This document shows, in pieces, positions 57,369-64,000 of a DNA stretch of 64,000 bases (the first letter of the stretch is position 1; each line of letters opens with the position of its first letter). The stretch is from Eubacteriales bacterium (GTDB lineage Bacteria > Bacillota > Clostridia > Oscillospirales > JAAYXM01). The stretch spans positions 4,713 through 68,712 of the forward strand of contig JAZNAQ010000011.1 of NCBI GenBank assembly GCA_045586595.1. Reading direction: 5' to 3'. The notes beneath the pieces were generated by a model. It saw nothing but the letters and a program-made list of their open reading frames with translations, ran no database searches and was not told the origin of the DNA. The position numbers and the translations under genes are program-made.

Positions 57369-58574
57369 ATGAAAACTCTTGATTTTTTTGACCCTATACC
57401 GGAATCACTGCGAAAAAGCTTGGAATTACAAAATAAAATTCAAGATAGTATGCAACCTATCCTTGAACAAGAAGAAAAAATAAAAAAGATAAGTGAAATT
57501 ACTGAAGGTGTTAAACTCGATTTGCCAAAAGCCATGTTTTCATCGCCGACTGTTGATGCTATTGCGCAGATAGAAGAAATGAACCCATATAAAGTTATAG
57601 ATGAATTAACTTCAGATGCGACCATAGCCGAAGTGGGATTAGGCAACTACGCAACGCCTATAGATATTATCGGGAATTCTGTAATGAAATTCGCAAATTA
57701 CTTTTCTGATTACCAGATAAGTTCCGGAATGTATGATGCAATTAGTACCTTTGAGAAAAGTGCTTCAATCTTCGGAAACGCAATACAAACATTTATTGAA
57801 AACGCGAGTTCCGCATTAACATCAGTAATTGAATCGCCCATGATGCAATGGTTGCAATCGTTTGACTTCACTCCTATATGGTCTTTTTTTGATAACTTTG
57901 ATCTTGAATGTGATTTTTCAGATAGATACAAAGAATTAAATGGAGCTTATCTTACCGCAATGTATGAATGTAAGTGGTTTCCGTATGCCGGATGGTCTAT
58001 TGATATACGAATGTTTTCAACCATCAGTGAAATTATATCGGCAAGTCGCGGTGCAAGTAAACGCAGAGAAAAAAGAATTGATGATGTAATTTTTGCTTAT
58101 TACACTAAAAGTGAAATAAAAAACATTAAAAGAACTTGGAAAAACTCAGACTTAGATCCGCATATAAAGAAAATATTAGGACAGGCCATAGAAGCTCATT
58201 TGCGAGGAGAATATGTGTTGACAACAACCTGTTTAGCAACTATGTGGGAAGGTTTGATACATAAAAAACTAAATGTAAAAGAAAGACTCGGCTCAAAGAA
58301 AACCAGAGAGGCATTCAAAGACCTTATAGGTGATAATGATTTCGATCCAATCTTTGCGGAGTTTTATGAAAATTTTATTGTATGTGATTGTAATTCCCCA
58401 GACGAAGTCATTGAAGGAATCCCTAATCGAAACGGTATTTCACACAGTAAGTATAAGAAGTATCCTAACAAAAAGGCTTCTCTCAATGCAATTTTGCTCA
58501 CAGATTTTATAATCGGACTTAAGCCAAAAGAAATGGTGGTAAAGAACAAAGAAGAAACGGAGATCAATATATGA
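57369..58574 (+). CDS. Hypothetical protein (401 aa) with a C-terminal HEPN-like domain (Rx4H motif)
   Basis: TAGGAG SD. The C-terminal ~170 aa is helical, with ILGQAIEAHLRGEYVLTTTCLATMWEGLI and later IPNRNGISHS (R-N-G-I-S-H at nt 58428-58445). This is the spacing and context typical of HEPN RNase domains. Confidence 0.6.
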   Translation: MKTLDFFDPIPESLRKSLELQNKIQDSMQPILEQEEKIKKISEITEGVKLDLPKAMFSSPTVDAIAQIEEMNPYKVIDELTSDATIAEVGLGNYATPIDIIGNSVMKFANYFSDYQISSGMYDAISTFEKSASIFGNAIQTFIENASSALTSVIESPMMQWLQSFDFTPIWSFFDNFDLECDFSDRYKELNGAYLTAMYECKWFPYAGWSIDIRMFSTISEIISASRGASKRREKRIDDVIFAYYTKSEIKNIKRTWKNSDLDPHIKKILGQAIEAHLRGEYVLTTTCLATMWEGLIHKKLNVKERLGSKKTREAFKDLIGDNDFDPIFAEFYENFIVCDCNSPDEVIEGIPNRNGISHSKYKKYPNKKASLNAILLTDFIIGLKPKEMVVKNKEETEINI

Positions 58575-59086
58575 AAGAGTGGAGTGCATTTTTTACTAAT
58601 CTAATTGACAAATTTGATTTCAAGGAACTTATGATTTGTCTTTTTGTTGTTTTATCTTTGATGTTAGTTCCTCGGATTAATGTTTTAAGTTTTTTAATGC
58701 CGCTTGATAGCGCGAAAAAATGGATTGTCTTTGTTTTTGTTTTAATTGCTGTATACCTTGTTTTGACTCTAATTATCCTAATATGGAAAAGTGCAAAAAA
58801 ATATAATGATCACAAACCAAAGCAACTTGCAAAAATGATGAAAAAATACGGCAAATATCTCGAGGTTTTTTATTCAAAAAACCTCGGTGAGTATTCTAAA
58901 TGTGCTTTCGATTTGTATACTGTTCCAGATGCAGTTGTCGGCAAATTGCAAGAAAATAAGATAATCTACATTGCTAATTATACTCATTCAGAGTTTGCTT
59001 TAACAGATCAAGCGAGAAAAAAACTAACGCAAAGAAGAAAGATGCTTAAGTTAATTGATAAGATTATTGTCAAGAAAAGTAAGTAG
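58571..59086 (+). CDS. Hypothetical 2-TM membrane protein (171 aa)
   Basis: The start overlaps the previous stop (ATGA), implying translational coupling. Two hydrophobic helices (LMICLFVVLSLMLVP and WIVFVFVLIAVYLVLTLIILIW) precede a basic soluble tail. Confidence 0.6.
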   Translation: MKEWSAFFTNLIDKFDFKELMICLFVVLSLMLVPRINVLSFLMPLDSAKKWIVFVFVLIAVYLVLTLIILIWKSAKKYNDHKPKQLAKMMKKYGKYLEVFYSKNLGEYSKCAFDLYTVPDAVVGKLQENKIIYIANYTHSEFALTDQARKKLTQRRKMLKLIDKIIVKKSK

Positions 59087-59098
59087 GAGGAATAAATA

Positions 59099-61105
59099 AT
59101 GGATAAACTTAAGATGCATACGCCGAACAAGGCGGATGAGAATTATAAAAAGCTTGCGGAGTTGTTTCCGAATGCGGTGACGGAGACTATTGACCCTGTT
59201 ACCGATGAGGTCGTGCGCGCTATTGATAAAGATGTTCTGATGCAGGAAATCTCTACTACTGTTGTTGAGGGCAAGGATGAGCGCTATCAGTTTACCTGGC
59301 CGGATAAGAAAAAGTCTGTTCTCCTCGCTAATGCACCTATCAATAAAACTCTCCGCCCCTGCAGAGAAGAAAGTGTAAACTTCGATACAACAGAAAACCT
59401 CTATATTGAAGGCGACAACCTTGAAGTGTTAAAGCTCTTGCAGGAAACATATCTCGGCAAGATTAAAATGATTTACATAGACCCTCCGTATAATACAGGT
59501 AATGATTTCGTGTACGAGGATGACTTTGCACAGAGTACAGATAAATACATGGCAAATAGTGGTCAGTTTGATGAAGAAGGAAATCGTCTCGTGCATAACA
59601 CAGAGAGTAATGGACGTTTTCATACGGATTGGTTAAATATGATGTATCCTCGTCTTAGAATTGCAAAAGATTTATTGACGGAGGATGGGGTTATATTTAT
59701 TTCTATTGACGATAACGAAATAGAAAACACACTGAAAATTTGCGATGATATATTCGGAGAATATAATCGCATCGCAGTACTCCTTAGAGAAGCAATTAAA
59801 GGAGGTTCGCTATCTAAAAACATCAGGAATGTACATGATTACGTTGTATGCTATGCGAAGTTTTTAGATAAAATTAATTTTGGTGGCGTAGAAACAGATG
59901 GAATTACACTTGATTTAGAAGACGAACACGGGAAATATGCTAAAGGCAGAGAGTTGAACAAATGGGGAGCTGGTTCTAGACGAGAAGATTCCCCTACAAT
60001 GTTTTACCCGATACCTGGACCTAATGGAGAAGATGTATATCCTATTAGAAATGACGGAAGCGAAGGCAGGTGGAGATTGGGAAAACAAAAGATGTTTGAA
60101 TTACTAAATGCCGACAATGCAATATTTGAACAAAGGGACGATGGTACATATATAGTCTATGAAAAACTAAGAGACGATTCACCTAAAACAAAACAGTTTA
60201 CTACATGGTTTTCTCAAGAATATATTAATGCAAAAGGAACTGAAGAATTAAAGGCGTTATTCGAAAAAGAAAGAGCAATTTTTGATTTTTCAAAACCAAC
60301 AAAGTTAATCAATGATTTATTAGTTATGAATAACGATAATGAGTGCGTGGTGCTTGACTTCTTCTCAGGCTCAGCTACAACCGCGCATGCAGTTATGCAG
60401 TTAAATGCAGAAGATGGCGGACATCGCAAGTTTATTATGGTGCAGTTGCCGGAAGAAACAGACGAAAAATCCGAAGCATATAAAGCCGGATATAAGAACA
60501 TCTGCGAAATAGGTAAAGAACGCATTCGCAGAGCCGGAAAGAAGATTCAAGATTTTTTGAGAGAAGCCGGATTGCCGTATAGAAAAGTTGTTACAGAAGG
60601 TGTGCCGTACGAAGTAAATGGAAATACGCATAAGCGAGCTGAATGGGATTCCCCGGAGTTTCCGGAAGTTGAAAATGCTTGCATTGCAAATTCGTTAGAT
60701 ATAGGTTTCCGTGTTCTCAAGTGTGATTCTTCCAACATGAAAGATGTTTATTATAATCCGCAGGATGTTGAGCTTTCTTTGTTTGGAAGCTCGGTAGATA
60801 ATATTAAAGAAGACAGAACTCCTGAAGATTTGTTGTTCCAGGTTATGCTTGATTTGGGTGTACTTCTTTCAAGCAAGATTGAAGAAACAACTATCAGCGG
60901 AAAGAAAGTATTTAATATTGCAGATAACTTCCTTATCGCTTGCTTTGATGAGAATGTAACAGAAGATGTTATAACAGAAATTGCAAAGCAAAAGCCATAT
61001 TACTTCGTAATGCGCGATAGCTCCATGGCAGATGACAACGTCGCCACTAACTTCGAGCAGATTTTTGCAACCTACAGCCCCGACACAGTAAGGAAGGTGC
61101 TGTAA
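59099..61105 (+). CDS. mod: Type III restriction-modification Mod subunit (beta-class N6-adenine/N4-cytosine DNA methyltransferase)
   Basis: 668 aa. Catalytic motif IV IYIDPPYNTGNDF comes before SAM motif I VLDFFSGSATTAHA, which is the beta-class order. The central region is variable (TRD-like). TAGGAGG SD. Confidence 0.88.
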   Translation: MDKLKMHTPNKADENYKKLAELFPNAVTETIDPVTDEVVRAIDKDVLMQEISTTVVEGKDERYQFTWPDKKKSVLLANAPINKTLRPCREESVNFDTTENLYIEGDNLEVLKLLQETYLGKIKMIYIDPPYNTGNDFVYEDDFAQSTDKYMANSGQFDEEGNRLVHNTESNGRFHTDWLNMMYPRLRIAKDLLTEDGVIFISIDDNEIENTLKICDDIFGEYNRIAVLLREAIKGGSLSKNIRNVHDYVVCYAKFLDKINFGGVETDGITLDLEDEHGKYAKGRELNKWGAGSRREDSPTMFYPIPGPNGEDVYPIRNDGSEGRWRLGKQKMFELLNADNAIFEQRDDGTYIVYEKLRDDSPKTKQFTTWFSQEYINAKGTEELKALFEKERAIFDFSKPTKLINDLLVMNNDNECVVLDFFSGSATTAHAVMQLNAEDGGHRKFIMVQLPEETDEKSEAYKAGYKNICEIGKERIRRAGKKIQDFLREAGLPYRKVVTEGVPYEVNGNTHKRAEWDSPEFPEVENACIANSLDIGFRVLKCDSSNMKDVYYNPQDVELSLFGSSVDNIKEDRTPEDLLFQVMLDLGVLLSSKIEETTISGKKVFNIADNFLIACFDENVTEDVITEIAKQKPYYFVMRDSSMADDNVATNFEQIFATYSPDTVRKVL

Positions 61106-62082
61106 TGAGTAACTATGGAACATGTCCTTACTGCCATTCGAATATAATATATTCGCAATTTGGAACCAATCAAGTCCATGAATTGATTGAGTGTCCAAGT
61201 TGTGGAAGATTTGAAATCAGGAAATTACCTTTTCAGACAGGAAAAGATATTAAAGATGAAACTGCTTCATATTTGTATTATCACTCTGAGGATAGGTTCT
61301 TAAATTTTCTTGGAGATAAGGATTTATATGAAAGTGATTATAGTCATTCAGAAGATATTTCGTATGTGTCCAGAGAAGAGATACTTGCTTTTCAACCAAA
61401 AAGTTTTGCCGAAAGAATCGACATGATATTATTAGAATTTGCCAAAAAATCTGATTTTATTGGTGAAGAAATAGTACTTTCAAAAGAGCAAACATATAGT
61501 TTGCTATTCATAAAAAGACATGATGCAGAAGGAAATCTTTTGAAAAAAGAGATAGTTTCCTCGCAATTGCGTGAAATAACTGACTATTTAGAAGAAAATA
61601 AATATACAGAAGGTTACTATCAAGATGGTGCCGTGTTTGTTTTGAAGCCTGAAGGGTGGAAAAGAGTGGACGAGTTGCAGAAAAATGCAACTGCAAACTC
61701 AAAAACTGCTTTTGTAGCAATGTCTTTTGATAAGGAAATGAAACCTATTGAAGATGCTATTAGAGCAGCAATCACAAAGTGTAAATTCGTACCGATGATT
61801 ATTAAGGACAAGGAATATAATAGGCAGATTGTTCCAGAGATACTTCATGAAATAAGACAATCAAGATTTGTTGTTGCAGAATTTACTAATCACAATAATG
61901 GTGCTTATTATGAGGCTGGATATGCTTTTGCTTTAGGAAAAGAAGTGATTCATCTTTGTAACGATGATAGTTTTGAACAAGATGCACATTTTGACGTAAA
62001 GCAAGTTAACACAATTCGCTGGAAAACTACAGAAGATTTAGAGCAAAAACTTATTAAAAGAATAAACGCAACCATATCATGA
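61105..62082 (+). CDS. Zn-ribbon protein with a C-terminal nucleoside 2-deoxyribosyltransferase-like / TIR-like Rossmannoid domain
   Basis: The ATG overlaps the mod stop (TAATG). N-terminus carries CPYC...CPSC. The C-terminus reads KTAFVAMSF...SRFVVAEFTNHNNGAYYEAGYAFALGKEVIHLC...HFDVKQVNTIRW, resembling the D/N-x-G-T/A-x-(F/Y)-E-x-G-x-A-x-A-x-G-K-x-V block of NDT-fold proteins. Confidence 0.6.
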   Translation: MSNYGTCPYCHSNIIYSQFGTNQVHELIECPSCGRFEIRKLPFQTGKDIKDETASYLYYHSEDRFLNFLGDKDLYESDYSHSEDISYVSREEILAFQPKSFAERIDMILLEFAKKSDFIGEEIVLSKEQTYSLLFIKRHDAEGNLLKKEIVSSQLREITDYLEENKYTEGYYQDGAVFVLKPEGWKRVDELQKNATANSKTAFVAMSFDKEMKPIEDAIRAAITKCKFVPMIIKDKEYNRQIVPEILHEIRQSRFVVAEFTNHNNGAYYEAGYAFALGKEVIHLCNDDSFEQDAHFDVKQVNTIRWKTTEDLEQKLIKRINATIS

Positions 62083-62099
62083 TTCGGTTAGGTGATAAC

Positions 62100-64000
62100 A
62101 TGAAATTTAACTTTAAAATACAACAATATCAAAGCGATGCTGTTGAGGCGGTCTGCAGTGTATTTGCAGGGCAAGGCTTCAATAGCGGTATAGGATATCG
62201 CAGGGACTTGGGTAATGTTAAGCCGAACAACAACGAGCAAATCAAGCTTTCTTCTGCTGATGAGTATGGCGAGGAGCTTGACCTTGCAAATGATTCGGGA
62301 TTTAAGAATGATGAGGTTTATCTTTCTAATGATACTCTTCTTCAGAACATCCACGAATTGCAGAATGCCAATAACATTAAGCTTTCCCCTTCCCTTGTCA
62401 AGGATTTAGGCAGATGCTCTCTTGATGTTGAAATGGAAACAGGTACAGGAAAGACGTATGTTTACATAAAGACTATGTTTGAGCTTAACAAGAGATATGG
62501 CTGGAGTAAGTTTATCGTTGTTGTTCCGTCTATTGCTATCCGTGAGGGCGTTGCCAAAACTTTCGAGATTACGGCTGACCACTTCATGGAGCATTACGGA
62601 AAGAAAGCGAGATTCTTTGTCTATGACAGCTCTAACCTTAATGCGATTGATAACTTCTCCGCAAGCTCGGGCATCAATGTTATGATAATCAACACCCAGG
62701 CTTTTGCATCTTCCCTTAAAGAGGATGGCAAGAGCAAGGAAGCGAGAATTATCTATTCAAAGCGCGATGAATTCCAGTCGCGCAGACCGATTGATGTTAT
62801 CAAGGCGAACAGACCCATTATCATCCTCGACGAGCCTCAGAAGATGGGCGGCGATGTAACACAGAAGGCGCTCAAGAACTTTAATCCGTTATTTACGCTC
62901 AATTATTCAGCTACACACAAGACACAACATAATCTTGTGTATGTTCTTGATGCGCTTGATGCTTACAACAAGCGTCTTGTAAAGAAAATTGAGGTTAAGG
63001 GCTTTGAAGTTAAGAACTTCCGTGGAACGGACAAGTATTTGTTCTTAGAAAGTATAGTTCTTTCTCCAAAGAAGCCACCTATGGCTAAAATCGAGCTTGA
63101 AATTGGTTACAACAAATCCATCAACCGCGAAACTCGCATCCTCGGTGTTGGTGATAATCTATTTTATGTTTCGCAGGAGATGGAGCAATACAGAGGTTAT
63201 TCTATTTCCGAGATTGACCCGATTCGCGGATGCGTAACCTTCACTAACGGTGAGGTTATAAGTACAGGCGATGTTGTTGGCGATGTTTCGGAAAAGGATA
63301 TGCGCAGAATTCAGATTCGAGAAACTATTCTTTCGCACTTTGAGAAAGAGGAAAAACTCTTCAATCGCGGAATTAAAACGCTTTCGCTTTTCTTCATAGA
63401 CGAGGTTGCGAAGTACCGTCAGTATGATGAAAATGGCGATGAAGTGCTTGGGGAATATGGTCGCATATTTGAAGAAGAGTATCTGAGCATCCTTAACGAG
63501 AATATAACGATATACGGAACAGAGTACCAGGAATACCTCAAAAAGACCGGTTCGGATATCCCGAAAACGCATAAGGGATATTTCAGTATTGATAAGAAAA
63601 CCGGAAGAAGTGTTGATAGTGCCTTAAAACGTGGAAGTGAGTTCTCCGATGATATTTCTGCGTATGACCTTATCCTGAAGAATAAGGAGAGACTTCTTTC
63701 TTTTGATGAGCCGACGAGGTTTATCTTCTCTCACTCTGCGCTTCGCGAAGGCTGGGACAACCCGAACGTATTCCAGATATGCACATTAAGGCACTCCGAC
63801 AGTAACACTGCAAAGCGGCAAGAGGTTGGTCGTGGGCTTCGTCTTTGCGTCAATCAGCAAGGTAACCGTATGGATGCGGAAACCTGCGGCGAATTGGTAC
63901 ATGAGATCAATGTGCTCACAGTTATTGCAAACGAGAGTTATAAAACTTTCGTTTCGGATTTGCAGTCTGATATCAAAGCAGTTCTTTATGACAGACCGCT
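62100..64000 (+). CDS. res: Type III restriction enzyme Res subunit (SF2 helicase-nuclease); N-terminal ~633 codons, continues beyond the window
   Basis: My own translation from the ATG at 62100 (after AGGTGA) gives MKFNFKIQQYQSDAVEAV...LDVEMETGTGKTYVY (Walker A)...IIILDEPQKMGG (DEPQ box)...NYSATH...EGWDNPNVFQI... The frame is open to 64000, so it is absent from the ORF track. Confidence 0.88.
   Translation, partial: MKFNFKIQQYQSDAVEAVCSVFAGQGFNSGIGYRRDLGNVKPNNNEQIKLSSADEYGEELDLANDSGFKNDEVYLSNDTLLQNIHELQNANNIKLSPSLVKDLGRCSLDVEMETGTGKTYVYIKTMFELNKRYGWSKFIVVVPSIAIREGVAKTFEITADHFMEHYGKKARFFVYDSSNLNAIDNFSASSGINVMIINTQAFASSLKEDGKSKEARIIYSKRDEFQSRRPIDVIKANRPIIILDEPQKMGGDVTQKALKNFNPLFTLNYSATHKTQHNLVYVLDALDAYNKRLVKKIEVKGFEVKNFRGTDKYLFLESIVLSPKKPPMAKIELEIGYNKSINRETRILGVGDNLFYVSQEMEQYRGYSISEIDPIRGCVTFTNGEVISTGDVVGDVSEKDMRRIQIRETILSHFEKEEKLFNRGIKTLSLFFIDEVAKYRQYDENGDEVLGEYGRIFEEEYLSILNENITIYGTEYQEYLKKTGSDIPKTHKGYFSIDKKTGRSVDSALKRGSEFSDDISAYDLILKNKERLLSFDEPTRFIFSHSALREGWDNPNVFQICTLRHSDSNTAKRQEVGRGLRLCVNQQGNRMDAETCGELVHEINVLTVIANESYKTFVSDLQSDIKAVLYDRP

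Larger units (their letters stand above)
48373..64000. mobile_element. Integrated mobile element (RepA_N / ParB / TnpV / MobC-like backbone with defence cargo). The left junction lies in cotJC and the right end is beyond the window.
   Basis: cotJC homology is lost abruptly at about 48372. A run of plasmid/transposon-type genes follows, all on the plus strand, with composition visibly more AT-rich than the flanking chromosome. No recombinase or relaxase lies within the window. Confidence 0.75.

Noticed and set aside
52001-64000. Whether the SNF2 plus methyltransferase locus is a DISARM or BREX system
   Set aside because: I see no DrmA/DrmB (DUF1998) or PLD DrmC genes. I also see no PglZ phosphatase, BrxC ATPase, BrxL/Lon or PglX-type large methyltransferase. 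The methyltransferase and its partner are classic type III Mod/Res, so neither label fits.

Overview
This 64-kb window comes from an endospore-forming Firmicute, probably Clostridia-like, since dpaA/dpaB, ypeB and cotJC are present. Positions 1 to about 47.9 kb are ordinary chromosomal backbone: purC (partial), mfd-pth, a standalone GlmU-type acetyltransferase domain, rny-ymdB, dinB, guaB, recG followed by an iron/B12-type ABC importer, yloV/asp23, mntP-pyrR, thrS, tRNA-Arg(ACG), NfeD-SPFH-mscL, a THF riboswitch with folT, uppP, dpaAB, ypeB, nfo, two femAB paralogues, rsmE, a Trp T-box with an orphan trpB, and tex. At about 48.37 kb the spore-coat Mn-catalase gene cotJC loses its 5' end to an inserted mobile element. 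The element carries RepA_N, ParB and TnpV genes, two MobC-like RHH genes and an iteron-plus-palindrome region, and it runs off the right edge of the window. Its cargo (52.0-64.0 kb) is one tightly packed plus-strand operon: an XRE regulator, an SNF2 helicase with a C-terminal SLOG/DUF2493-like domain, a DUF4391 protein, a visibly more AT-rich three-gene cassette (an unknown protein, a protein with an HEPN-like Rx4H motif, and a 2-TM protein), a type III Mod methyltransferase, a Zn-ribbon plus NDT/TIR-like protein, and a type III Res helicase-nuclease (partial). I consider this expanded type III-like locus the best candidate for an undescribed composite anti-phage system. All calls come from reading the sequence and the ORF track by eye. 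No database search or numerical computation was run.
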